Source of the DNA: Candidatus Moraniibacteriota bacterium
Lineage (GTDB): Bacteria > Patescibacteriota > Minisyncoccia > Moranbacterales > UBA1568
Length of the DNA: 64,000 bases
Direction of reading: 5' to 3'
Assembly (NCBI GenBank): GCA_008012175.1
Contig: SSEF01000010.1
Span: forward strand, 2,923-66,922
Numbering within the stretch: the stretch's first letter is position 1; every line of letters begins with the position of its first letter. This document shows positions 9,908 to 19,226 of the stretch, piece after piece. Below the pieces are notes generated by a model. The model saw only the letters and a list, made by a program, of their open reading frames with translations. It made no database searches and was not told the DNA's origin. The position numbers and the translations under genes are program-made.

Positions 9908-10373
9908 ATAAATGCAGGATACCCCTAGGAGATACGGATCAAGCGGCGGTTTTTTTATTTTCTCAAGCTTGACTCCCCTAATGATTTTTAAAAAATGGGG
10001 GAGCGACAGTGGGCGCGCGGTATAGAACAGAAAACTTTTGATGACATACAATGGAATGAATTGAAAGATCATCCGACGTTCTGGGCAGCAGGGAGGGACA
10101 TGCCGAAATTTTTTATCCAGCATAGTTCCCAAGGAATGTGAGTTTGATTCAAATAACAAAAGAACTATTAATAGAAAGTGTCGCTCCGGAAGTCCTCGCC
10201 AATTGTCTGTATCCCCATACTCTCTATAATGTCTCATAAGTTACATAAGAAGACATACTAGATAAAGAAAAGGCCGCTCCACTGATATTGTGAAAGCGGT
10301 CAAAAAGTGTGCCTCTCTGCCCTCTAGCTTTACTCAGGGATTCGGAAAGTTTTTATGCACAACAGAAGGTGTC

Positions 10374-11129
10374 TCATGGCGCTGCATCGATGTTGTCTGG
10401 AGCGGTAGCGATACAGCTCTTACACCCTTCGATACGTTTGGCTTCATACATCGCCATATCTGCAGCAGATCGGAGCGTTTCAATCAGGCTATGTGCTCCC
10501 CGTTCGGTTCTGAATTTTCCGTGCGCGATGCCGATTGAGCATGTCACGTGCTGCGCTGGATTGTTGCCGAGCTTGAGCATTGGATCTATGGTGAGCGCGG
10601 CTACGAGCTCCTGGGACCGTTTGAGCACTGTTTCCTGGGTTGCTCCAATGAGGTATACCATGAACTCATCGCCGCCCCAACGAATGATGATGTCATCGGA
10701 TCGGAACTCATGCTGTAAATGTCTTGCAATCGCAACGAGCACCTGATCGCCAGTAGCGTGCCCACCAACATCATTGACCTCTTTGAAATCATCGACATCA
10801 ATGATCACGACGGAGACTTCAGTCAAGGGAAGTGCGGACGAAACATGATCATGCTCGTGGCGCTTGAATGGCGCCAGCATGCGGTCGAGTTCGGCCTTCC
10901 CACCGCGGCGATTGTAGAGCCCGGTGAGCGGGTCAGCGGTGGCTACTCGCCTCAGCTCTCGGTTTTCGGCCTTCAGCCTGTCAATTTCTTGTGCCAGGAT
11001 GAGATTGTCATACTGCCGCCGATCAAGTTCGTTCTGATTAGCAGCTGGCCTATCTTCGAACGAAGTATTTCTGAAAATGCTCCGGATGAACTGGGTAATA
11101 AAACCCTCTCCTCGAATGGTGAACAGCAT
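10374..11129 (-). CDS. Diguanylate cyclase (GGDEF) with N-terminal coiled coil
   Basis: DPLTGLYNRR, DVDDFKEVND..GH..GD, RSDD I-site 5 residues before GGDEF, ADMAMYEAK. Confidence 0.93.
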   Translation of the reverse strand: MLFTIRGEGFITQFIRSIFRNTSFEDRPAANQNELDRRQYDNLILAQEIDRLKAENRELRRVATADPLTGLYNRRGGKAELDRMLAPFKRHEHDHVSSALPLTEVSVVIIDVDDFKEVNDVGGHATGDQVLVAIARHLQHEFRSDDIIIRWGGDEFMVYLIGATQETVLKRSQELVAALTIDPMLKLGNNPAQHVTCSIGIAHGKFRTERGAHSLIETLRSAADMAMYEAKRIEGCKSCIATAPDNIDAAP

Positions 11130-11287
11130 GGATCTCTCCTCTTCCTATGGACGTAGGGACTGGCGGTGAATGAAACGCTGGAATGTTAAAGAATGCTCAT
11201 TATAACATCTAATTTCTATAGAGTCAATACTGGTGCAAAAGGAACGTAGGAACTTTCATTTTCTTTAAATACGCTATAATAGCTTCC

Positions 11288-12436
11288 ATGCGGCTCTCTT
11301 ACTCCAGCCTGGATACCTATCAATCCTGCGCGCTCAAATACAAATATCGAGAGATCGACAGATTGCCTGAGGAGAAATCCAAGGAAGCTGTTTTCGGGAC
11401 GCTCATCCATTCGACGATGAAGTTTATTCATGAGCCAGGTCTCATCCAGCCTTCAGTAGAGCAGGCAATTGATTATTTTGGCAAGCACTGGAATGGAGAC
11501 TTGTTCGTCAATGAGATGGAAGAGCGGGCGGCATTCGTCCAGGGTGTCGAGATGATACAGCGTTACTATGAGGACAACCGGATAGCAGAGGCAAACCCGA
11601 TTGCGCTCGAAAGCCGGTTTGCTATCGAGATCGGGACTGAGGAGGCGGGTAAGCACGTCATTGCCGGCGTTATTGATCGGATCGATAGGACGCATGATGG
11701 TTACGAGATCATCGATTACAAAACGACAAAAAAGATGCCGAGTCAGGACAAGATCGATAATGATCTCCAGCTCTCTATCTATCTGCGCGCCTTCCTTGAG
11801 CGTTATCCCAAGGAATGGGAGCGACTCGATACGATCACGGTCAGTCTCTACTTTTTGAAACACGGTGTGAAGCTTTCTTCGATGCGAACCAAGGAACAGC
11901 TGCTTGCTTTGGATGAGACGTTCCTTGAAATTATTCGTTCGATCGAAGCGGGGAAATTCGCGCCGACCCTCTCCCCGCTTTGCGACTGGTGCAGCTTCCA
12001 AAAAATCTGTCCTCTCTGGAAGCATAAGTTCAAGGAGAATCCGAAAGAGGCGATAGGAGAAGCTGAGGCCGGATCGATGATTGAAGAGTTCCTTCACCTC
12101 CGGAATGAAATGGCTGCCGAAAAGAAGCGTCTCGCCGAGCTTCAAGAAAAGATCATAGAATACATGGAACAGGAGGGTGTCGAACGCCTGTTTGGTTCGA
12201 CGGGTATTATCGGAAGAAGCATCCGGACTTCGTATGTTTATGACGAGACCAAGCTAAAGGCTCTCCTCTCCCCACTCGGAGAATGGGAGAACGTTGTGAA
12301 GATTGATGGGGCCGCTTTAAAGACTGTCTTGGAAGCTCTCCCAGAAGCAGTGCAGAAGCAAACTGAAGAATGTCGAGAGAAAAAGGAGAGTCTATCACTA
12401 TCAGTCAAAGCAGTGAAAGATTCAATTTCCGATTAA
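11288..12436 (+). CDS. PD-(D/E)XK nuclease family protein (RecB/AddB/Cas4-like)
   Basis: LSYSSLDTYQSC, GVIDRID, IIDYKT, QLSIY, CDWC...CP. Confidence 0.88.
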   Translation: MRLSYSSLDTYQSCALKYKYREIDRLPEEKSKEAVFGTLIHSTMKFIHEPGLIQPSVEQAIDYFGKHWNGDLFVNEMEERAAFVQGVEMIQRYYEDNRIAEANPIALESRFAIEIGTEEAGKHVIAGVIDRIDRTHDGYEIIDYKTTKKMPSQDKIDNDLQLSIYLRAFLERYPKEWERLDTITVSLYFLKHGVKLSSMRTKEQLLALDETFLEIIRSIEAGKFAPTLSPLCDWCSFQKICPLWKHKFKENPKEAIGEAEAGSMIEEFLHLRNEMAAEKKRLAELQEKIIEYMEQEGVERLFGSTGIIGRSIRTSYVYDETKLKALLSPLGEWENVVKIDGAALKTVLEALPEAVQKQTEECREKKESLSLSVKAVKDSISD

Positions 12437-12499
12437 AAAAAGAAAGAGGAGAATGGCGGATTGCTATTCTCCTCGGTGGCGCGTCTCGGAAGTGAATTT

Positions 12500-12742
12500 T
12501 CACTTTTTCCCCTTCTCCTTTGAGGAGAGAGAGTCGGGACGAACCGGTGACGGGGAAACCATGTCCCCTGCCTTGGTATAAACCTTCCCCGCGACTCCTG
12601 CTGCACCAGCAAGGAAGCCTTTGCCTTCATTCTGGGCACTGTAGTCACTCAGGCCAGTACCAACAGTCCTTGCAAGATCTCCTGCGGCTGCGCAGCCTCC
12701 AAGGAGTGGAAGGGCGACGATCAGAAACAAAGTTTTACGCAT
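12500..12742 (-). CDS. Small lipoprotein
   Basis: Signal peptide with LGGC lipobox, glycine-rich segment; TTGACA promoter and SD upstream. Confidence 0.7.
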   Translation of the reverse strand: MRKTLFLIVALPLLGGCAAAGDLARTVGTGLSDYSAQNEGKGFLAGAAGVAGKVYTKAGDMVSPSPVRPDSLSSKEKGKK

Positions 12743-12874
12743 GATAACCTACTCCCCCACGAAAACCGGACGGAGCGCCGGTACCTTATGTATAGTACAT
12801 TTTTTATTTTCTGTCAACCCCATTGTAAAATTTGATCCTAGGAAGCGCATCGATGCGCAGCATTGGTTTAATTG

Positions 12875-14065
12875 TCAAGCTGCTGCTTTCCTCATCTCCA
12901 TAGTGGTAGTTCGCCAATCTGGCCAGCCGAGATGGTGAGACCGTTCTGTGTCAAGAAAGCTTACCAGGGAATCATACGCAGCGATTTCGCTGCCTGTAAG
13001 CGCCTGACGATTGATTGACTGCATTTCATCGGCGATCCAAAGATAGGCGACATAACCCTCGACTAACCCCTGCCTGGCATGCAGAGAGAGTACGCGAAGC
13101 GCATCGATCGGCGTTTGCTTATCTTTATAGTGTCGCCGACTCAGGATTGCGTTCTCGACATCTGCAAGATGCACGATATCTGCCAGGTCGATCGAAACCT
13201 GGAGCGATCCAATGGTAATCCGATACCTATGCTCGCCATTCTTGTGCTGATGATGCGATCCGGCGAGCTTCCCCTCTACGGTATAACCGAGGTGACTTAA
13301 GATTTTTTCTGAGTGCGTATCATGTGTTCGCATGATATCGAGCAGGCTATCATCCGGAGTGCAGCCGCAGTGAGCGAGCTGCTCCGATAGTCCGTCATCG
13401 ACAGACTGCTCGTCGAGGAGGAGCTTTATCGGTGCAACTGCTTGAGGGCGGAGATGAAGATCGTCATAGAGGAATTGGAGGAGTGCCCCCGGGCTATCTA
13501 CTGATTTTGGCAGAGAAAAATTATCGCCAAGTTTTTCCCTGAGGCGGGGCAGAAGTACGTCGTCCTGATGCTGGAAGAGTATTGCAGCACAGCGCTCATC
13601 GGTTACTCGATTTACCAAAACTGCGTGTGGAACCTCTATTTTCCCAACATCATGGAGGAGGCAGGCCCGATAAAAACGTCCGAGATCGACAGATTCGGCA
13701 TGGAATTCATCAGCGAGGACAAGACCGTTCCAGAGGGTTTTTTCAACCTTGTTACGCGCGATCTCATAGGTATCGACGCAATGCCAGGCTGTTTCCTCGT
13801 CAAAAAGCTCAAGGACAGTGAGCATTTCCCAGCAATCGTCACCGAAATGTCTTGCGAACGGCCCAAGCTCGGCTTTAAAGAGGGACTTGATACGGGCAAC
13901 TTCCTGTTCGAGCAGCCCTCGTTCTTTCAATGCATTGCGTATCTTCAGAACTCTCAATTCAGACGGATCGCCTTTTTCCGAGGTGTGCTCCACGTCTTGA
14001 GCGATCATCCGAGCGCGCTCTCCGGGGGTTTCTCGGGACGGCACAATATTTTCCCAATGGTTCAT
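12875..14065 (-). CDS. HD-GYP-like metal-dependent phosphohydrolase (no GYP tripeptide)
   Basis: TAWHC, LLHDVGK, HH, LADVENAILSRRHYK. Confidence 0.8.
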   Translation of the reverse strand: MNHWENIVPSRETPGERARMIAQDVEHTSEKGDPSELRVLKIRNALKERGLLEQEVARIKSLFKAELGPFARHFGDDCWEMLTVLELFDEETAWHCVDTYEIARNKVEKTLWNGLVLADEFHAESVDLGRFYRACLLHDVGKIEVPHAVLVNRVTDERCAAILFQHQDDVLLPRLREKLGDNFSLPKSVDSPGALLQFLYDDLHLRPQAVAPIKLLLDEQSVDDGLSEQLAHCGCTPDDSLLDIMRTHDTHSEKILSHLGYTVEGKLAGSHHQHKNGEHRYRITIGSLQVSIDLADIVHLADVENAILSRRHYKDKQTPIDALRVLSLHARQGLVEGYVAYLWIADEMQSINRQALTGSEIAAYDSLVSFLDTERSHHLGWPDWRTTTMEMRKAAA

Positions 14066-14088
14066 AGCGTAGGGTGCAGGTAGCGTGT

Positions 14089-14517
14089 TTAGGCAGTTTC
14101 CTTTTGAACGCTTTCTGGTAATTTCCCAAGAGTCTGATCAATCCCGGTGATGTGCTCAATCCACCAGTCCTCGAGGAAAGTCAGTAGCTCCCTAGACCGG
14201 AGGTGGGAATCCCCTTCCTTTAAAAGGAGACTATTGAGATTTTTTTTGTACGCTTGGTGAAGGGAGAGGTGCAAGTTCTTCTCGGGGTAATCAAATCGGG
14301 AAAAAAACGTCTCCTCAGTCTGAAAATGATACTCGCCATAATTTACAGCATCTTTGAAGAATTGGGAGAGATCAATCTCAGTCGTCGTCGCTTCGAGCTC
14401 ACGAAACAACGTATTTATGATCTCAATCATGTGCTGATGCTGCTCATCAATCACCTGAACGCCGACACTGTAGCCACTGTGCCATTGGATAGGGCCTTCC
14501 ATAGAACACGCTATCAT
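14089..14517 (-). CDS. Single-domain bacteriohemerythrin
   Basis: W...YSVGV..ID.QH, HF..EE, H...H, W...HI...D: full di-iron ligand set. Confidence 0.92.
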   Translation of the reverse strand: MIACSMEGPIQWHSGYSVGVQVIDEQHQHMIEIINTLFRELEATTTEIDLSQFFKDAVNYGEYHFQTEETFFSRFDYPEKNLHLSLHQAYKKNLNSLLLKEGDSHLRSRELLTFLEDWWIEHITGIDQTLGKLPESVQKETA

Positions 14518-14602
14518 CACTGGGTTATAACGGAGGTATCCTCCGGGTAGATTGTAGCACATCTTCCCCTGGAAAAGCGTTATAAAAAGCTAGCAAAGAA
14601 AA

Positions 14603-14626
14603 AAGCGGAAAAATAATTTTCCGCTT
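14603..14626 (-). terminator. Intrinsic terminator
   Basis: AAGCGGAAAA/TTTTCCGCTT hairpin followed by a U-tract on the minus strand. Confidence 0.65.
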
Positions 14627-14635
14627 CGAATCCAG

Positions 14636-15010
14636 TCAAAAAGCAGGCTGATACCCGTTTTCAGTCCAATGTCCGGCGAAGAATCCGTAGGATGGACAGC
14701 AGTCCCGTCTCAGACAGCCGAGGTAACAGCTCTCAATGCGGTGTCCCCTGTCGCGATACGAAAGCCCTTCGCTTGACTCATGATAGAGAGCCACAGCGTC
14801 ATCGGGATAGATAGGCAGGCCGCATAGAGCGCAGCGCACGGTCCGCTTGCGCACGTATTGGATCATGCAGTCCGGACAATACCGTTCACCGTGAATGTTC
14901 TTCGTTAGCGATCCGTAGACATTGAGACGGTACCGTTTTGGCCCGCTGTGTCCGCATGTGTACTTCCTGGTCATGCCTGATAGAGGAATGAATGGCCTGT
15001 ATAGCATCAT
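14636..15010 (-). CDS. Cys-rich hypothetical protein (possibly the C-terminal part of a frameshifted gene)
   Basis: CGH, CPDC, CALC, C...CC motifs; overlaps the upstream ORF by about 125 nt. Confidence 0.65.
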   Translation of the reverse strand: MMLYRPFIPLSGMTRKYTCGHSGPKRYRLNVYGSLTKNIHGERYCPDCMIQYVRKRTVRCALCGLPIYPDDAVALYHESSEGLSYRDRGHRIESCYLGCLRRDCCPSYGFFAGHWTENGYQPAF

Positions 15011-15239
15011 TCGGCTCAGGTAGCGGCTGCTTCGCCGGCCCTACGGACAGGAGGAGTTTGCCGCCGCTCGGATCCACTACATGAGGAAGAGCGGATTCTC
15101 CAAGAACAACCAAGTCAGTGTCCTCGGTTCGCATACCTGACCTCCTCGAACTCTTCCGCAAAACCCTGATGAGAGTGGATGCTAGAAGCAGTCCGATGCT
15201 ACTCAAAAAAAGTAGATAGCCAAAATCATCTAATCTCAT
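14886..15239 (-). CDS. Hypothetical TM protein (possibly the N-terminal part of the same gene)
   Basis: Promoter TTGACA(15318-15323)-17-TATTTT; purine-rich RBS; N-terminal TM. Confidence 0.5.
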   Translation of the reverse strand: MRLDDFGYLLFLSSIGLLLASTLIRVLRKSSRRSGMRTEDTDLVVLGESALPHVVDPSGGKLLLSVGPAKQPLPEPNDAIQAIHSSIRHDQEVHMRTQRAKTVPSQCLRIANEEHSR

Positions 15240-15391
15240 GTCCTGCCCCTTTCAGATTGAAAAAGTACGGAAAATAAAACAAAGAAACAGCAATAAAATA
15301 TCAGAACACCCTCTATCTGTCAAATATCGACATCCAAATGCCGTATCTAGCGATTGCAAGAGTGGGTCAAAATCCCACTTTTGAACAAATG

Positions 15392-15463
15392 CTGGGGAGG
15401 AAGGGATCGAACCTTCGCATGACGGGGCCAGAACCCGTTGCCTTACCGCTTGGCTACTCCCCA
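15392..15463 (-). tRNA. tRNA-Gln(CUG)
   Basis: TGGGGAG/CTCCCCA acceptor stem, ACGGG-TTCTGGC-CCCGT anticodon arm, GGTTCGATCC T-arm. Confidence 0.95.
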
Positions 15464-15597
15464 AAATTGAAGAAACAAGAGAACAATAAAATCAGGATGT
15501 CCAGAATACAAGAGCTATCCTAGCCGAAAAGTCCATTTCAATCAAGAAAAAACCGGCCGCTTCTACATGGTAGCAGACGGTCGGCAAGGCGATACAC

Positions 15598-16260
15598 CTA
15601 CGATTGGACGAGCTGTCGACCGTTCGGTGGCGGAGGGAGCAGGTGCTCTCCGCGCTTCAGGGCGGCAAGAGCTTCCTCAAGCTCGTGAATGAGGATGCCA
15701 TGTTTTTCAGCGAGCGGGAGGTAGAAATCCTCCGTTTCCCTGACCTTCCGGGCAATTTCTTCCGGCGTCCAGAGCCATAGGGTGAGGATGTTGTGGAGCC
15801 GATCCGGAAGTTTCCACTCGGCAACCTCGCGCGGTGCATCAAAGAGGAGGCTCATATGATAGCGCCGCAGGCGCTCTTCCTTTGATGGAATATGATCGAA
15901 GCGGCGCTTGTTGCCCCAATCAACTCGGTAAGCCACTTCATTGCCGAGTTCCTGTCGGATTCGCGAGACTGGAAAGCGCTTGCAATCCTCCGGGCAATCG
16001 TGCGTCAAGCCAGCTGCGAGGGCGTTCGGTTCGCGAATCCGGAGATAGACCATCATGATGAGGGCTACGGCTTTCGCATGGTCGAAATAGCGCTCGCCGG
16101 AATCCCGGAATTGACCATGGTGCGCATCCTTCGACACGTTGTAGCTGTCCGAGACGAGGCGGTAGCCGGGGCTGCCTTCGGCGGTACAGGCACGGACATA
16201 GGCGAAGAAACGGTCTCGGTCGCAGGGCGTTCCGAGAAGTTCGATGATATATGAAAGCAT
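15598..16260 (-). CDS. Stand-alone RelA/SpoT HD-domain protein (small alarmone hydrolase-like)
   Basis: AHHGQFRDSGERYFDH, AGLTHDCPED, KLPDRLHN, ETEDFYLPLA; SD AAGGAGGTGA. Confidence 0.85.
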   Translation of the reverse strand: MLSYIIELLGTPCDRDRFFAYVRACTAEGSPGYRLVSDSYNVSKDAHHGQFRDSGERYFDHAKAVALIMMVYLRIREPNALAAGLTHDCPEDCKRFPVSRIRQELGNEVAYRVDWGNKRRFDHIPSKEERLRRYHMSLLFDAPREVAEWKLPDRLHNILTLWLWTPEEIARKVRETEDFYLPLAEKHGILIHELEEALAALKRGEHLLPPPPNGRQLVQS

Positions 16261-16366
16261 GAGCTCACCTCCTTCACAGGTTTTGGTTGGAAAATAACTG
16301 GATGCTGAAGAATAGCACAAAACGTCCAGCCGAGCAAAGCATGATTTTATGCACCCTCACCCAATA

Positions 16367-17281
16367 CTACGCCTTCAGGTAGCGATGGATGGCGATAAAG
16401 CTCGAGATGACCCCGAGAAAGATGCCGAGACAGATCGTCGAGACGGCGATGGTCGGGAGATAAGCAGTAAAAACCTGGAAAATGTTTCCCTGAGGAAACG
16501 CCCCTTCCGTGTAGCCGGAAAGCCCGTAGGCCGAGAGTGCGACAAGTATGACCGCCGTCACGCCGGCAAAAATACCGTAGAGGATACCCTCAAAGATATA
16601 AGGCATGCGGACATAGAGGTTTGAGGCTCCGACGAGACGCATGATTTCAAATTCCTGGCGATGCGAATAAATCGTGATTCGTATGGTGTTGAAGGTAATG
16701 AGTATGGCAATCAATCCAAAGGCGCCGCCTACTGCCAGCCCGAATTTCCGTGTCGTTGCCCCGATATGCTTGAGCCGTTCGAAGATCTTTCGATTTTTTT
16801 CAAAATTGATCCGATTGATATCAGTCCGATACGGCGAGGCTTCAAGAAAAGTGGAAATTTTCTGATAATCAGATTGCTGCTTGGCATGGATGACGAGCGA
16901 GGCGAGGAGCGGATTCTCACCGATCTCATCAATAGCCTGCCGGATTATAGGGTCGCTACCATTATTCTCGAGAAAGACATCCAGCGCCTGGTCTCGTGAA
17001 ACATATTCGATGGAGGCGATTTCACGCGCTCGCTCCAGATATTGCTTTATCTCGAGGATGCGCCCTTCATTGACGTCTGGATTGAACGACACCGTGATAC
17101 TGATCCGATTTTCAAGATTGCTGACGATGAGGCGGGTCCCGACGGTAATAAGTCCGGCCAGGCTGATGATGAAGAGCGAAAGTGAAAGAATTATGATGGT
17201 CGCCAACGACAACCAGCCATTCCGGCGAAAATTCGTCATCCCCTCCTTAAAAGTGCGCCAGAGTTTGAGCGTTCGTTGCAT
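16367..17281 (-). CDS. ftsX: Cell division permease FtsX
   Basis: NFRRNGWLS, NPL, NTIRITIYSHRQEFEIMRLVGA, PYIFEG; follows ftsE. Confidence 0.93.
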   Translation of the reverse strand: MQRTLKLWRTFKEGMTNFRRNGWLSLATIIILSLSLFIISLAGLITVGTRLIVSNLENRISITVSFNPDVNEGRILEIKQYLERAREIASIEYVSRDQALDVFLENNGSDPIIRQAIDEIGENPLLASLVIHAKQQSDYQKISTFLEASPYRTDINRINFEKNRKIFERLKHIGATTRKFGLAVGGAFGLIAILITFNTIRITIYSHRQEFEIMRLVGASNLYVRMPYIFEGILYGIFAGVTAVILVALSAYGLSGYTEGAFPQGNIFQVFTAYLPTIAVSTICLGIFLGVISSFIAIHRYLKA

Positions 17282-17290
17282 AGGTTCTCG

Positions 17291-18001
17291 CTAGAGTTTG
17301 ATATTGTATTTCCCTTTAGCTTCATCGTGCCTCAATCTTCCGTCAATGAGCGAAATCACTCGTTTACCGAGCTGGTCGACGACTTCCTTCTTATGCGTTG
17401 CGACGATCACTGTTGTTCCGTATGAATTGATCTCGAGGAGCAAATCAGTAATTTCTTTGGTAGAAACCGGATCAAGATTGCCCGTTGGCTCATCCGCACA
17501 GATAATTTGCGGATGATGGATAAGTGCGCGCGCGATCGCAACGCGCTGCTGTTCCCCGCCTGACAGCTCGCGGGGAAACTTCTCCCCCTTGCCGCCGAGG
17601 CCGACAATCTCAAGGAGCTCGCCTACTTCTTCGCGGATCTCTTTGGCCGATCGGCCGTCGACCTCCAGCGCATAGGCGATATTCTCGAAGGCAGTCTTCT
17701 GAGGAAGGAGCTTGTAGTCCTGGAATATGGTTCCGATGTTGCGCCGGAAAAAAGGCAGGTGCTTGCGATTGATGTCTTTGATCGGCCGGCCCTTGAAATA
17801 GATTGTGCCAGCGGTTGGGATTTCCTCGGCGTAGATAAGCTTCAGGAGGGTGGATTTTCCGGCACCCGAAGATCCAACAAGCGAGATGAATTCCCCCGAA
17901 AACACCCTAAAAGAGACGTCATGCAGTGCGTTGACGCCGCCCGGATAGTCTTTAGTGACGTTTTCAAAAACAACAATCGGCTGTCCTTCAGTATGGGGCA
18001 T
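17291..18001 (-). CDS. ftsE: Cell division ATP-binding protein FtsE
   Basis: GSSGAGKST, FQDYKLL, LSGGEQQR, ADEPTGNLD. Confidence 0.93.
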   Translation of the reverse strand: MPHTEGQPIVVFENVTKDYPGGVNALHDVSFRVFSGEFISLVGSSGAGKSTLLKLIYAEEIPTAGTIYFKGRPIKDINRKHLPFFRRNIGTIFQDYKLLPQKTAFENIAYALEVDGRSAKEIREEVGELLEIVGLGGKGEKFPRELSGGEQQRVAIARALIHHPQIICADEPTGNLDPVSTKEITDLLLEINSYGTTVIVATHKKEVVDQLGKRVISLIDGRLRHDEAKGKYNIKL

Positions 18002-18005
18002 GGTC

Positions 18006-19107
18006 TTATTTTCTTTCTCTTTGTTCATATTGTAGCTCACTTTCGACGAAGCTGTCCAAATCACCGTCAAGCACGGCTTGGGCATTGCTTGTCTCTGTAC
18101 CGGTACGATGATCCTTCACCATCGTGTACGGATGGAGAACATAGGATCGGATCTGGTTTCCGAAACCGGCAGATTTGAACTCACCGCGGATGGCTGCCTT
18201 CGCCGCGGCTTCTTCAGCCAAACGTTTCTGCAAAAGCTTTGATTTGAGGAGCTTCATCGCCTGTTCGCGATTTTGGAGCTGCGAGCGCTCACTTTGGCAG
18301 GCAACGACAATCCCGGTCGGGAGGTGCGTCAGTCGGACTGCGGATTCGGTTTTGTTTACATGCTGCCCGCCCGCGCCAGAAGCGCGGAGCGTATCGATCC
18401 GGAGTTCCTCTGGCTTTACTTCGATTGAACGGTCCGTGTCCGGCAGCACAGGCATTACCTCGACCGAGGCAAATGAAGTCTGACGGAGATTGTTGGCATT
18501 GAACGGTGAGAGCCGGACGAGACGGTGCACGCCCATCTCGCCGCGCAAGTATCCGTAGGCGTAACGACCCTTCACTTCAACGGTGACGCTTTTAAGCCCG
18601 GCCTCGTTGCCACGGTTCTCATCGAGAATGACGGCCCGATAATCATGGCGTTCGGCGTAACGCAGGTACATGCGCAAGAGCATCTCGGTCCAATCTTGTG
18701 CCTCAGTCCCACCGGCACCGCTCCGGAGCGTCAGGATAGCATCCGAGCTATCATACTCTCCTCCGAGAAGGAGCTGGAATTCCCAGACGCGGAGCTCTGC
18801 GGCTATTGTCTCAACATCGCGCTCGAGAGCTGATATTTCATCCGGGCCGAGATTATCAAGGCCGGCGAGCTCAACGGCATCCCGGAGCGATTGTGACAGC
18901 GTTTCAAAACGCGCTAGCTCCTGCTTCAGCCCGTCCAGTGATTGCATCGTTTCGGCTGCGTGTTCTGGCGCATCCCAAAAACCAGGCCGTTCACTTTCCG
19001 CCTGGAGCGTAGCGATCGCGGCACGCTTCTTGTCCCAGTCAAAGATAGTCCCGCAAGCGGGCGTGCTGGGTTTCAAGTACTGCGATTCGGCGGCGGAGTT
19101 CTTCCAT
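18006..19107 (-). CDS. prfB: Peptide chain release factor 2 (programmed +1 frameshift after codon 22)
   Basis: MEELRRRIAVLETQHARLRDYL, then CTT TGA C, then DWDKKR in the +1 frame; SPF and GGQ motifs. Confidence 0.95.
19038..19044 (-). other. RF2 autoregulatory +1 frameshift site CTT TGA C
   Basis: Canonical slippery codon plus stop, in frame with ATG 19107. Confidence 0.92.
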
Positions 19108-19226
19108 AGAGTAGACGGCGATACATGAGAGAAGTGAGGCACCCTCCCTATCCTAGCATGCGCGGCTTGATTCTTCTCGGAGATTTGCTAGGATAGAGGT
19201 CGTTGTTCTATTTTCCTGGAAAATTC

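Noticed and set aside
11288-12436. CRISPR-associated Cas4
   Set aside because: No repeat-spacer array or other cas genes seen anywhere in the window.
19108-19142. N-terminal extension of RF2 given by the ORF track (MPHFSH...)
   Set aside because: Artefact of reading the post-frameshift frame; the real start is ATG 19107 in the other frame.
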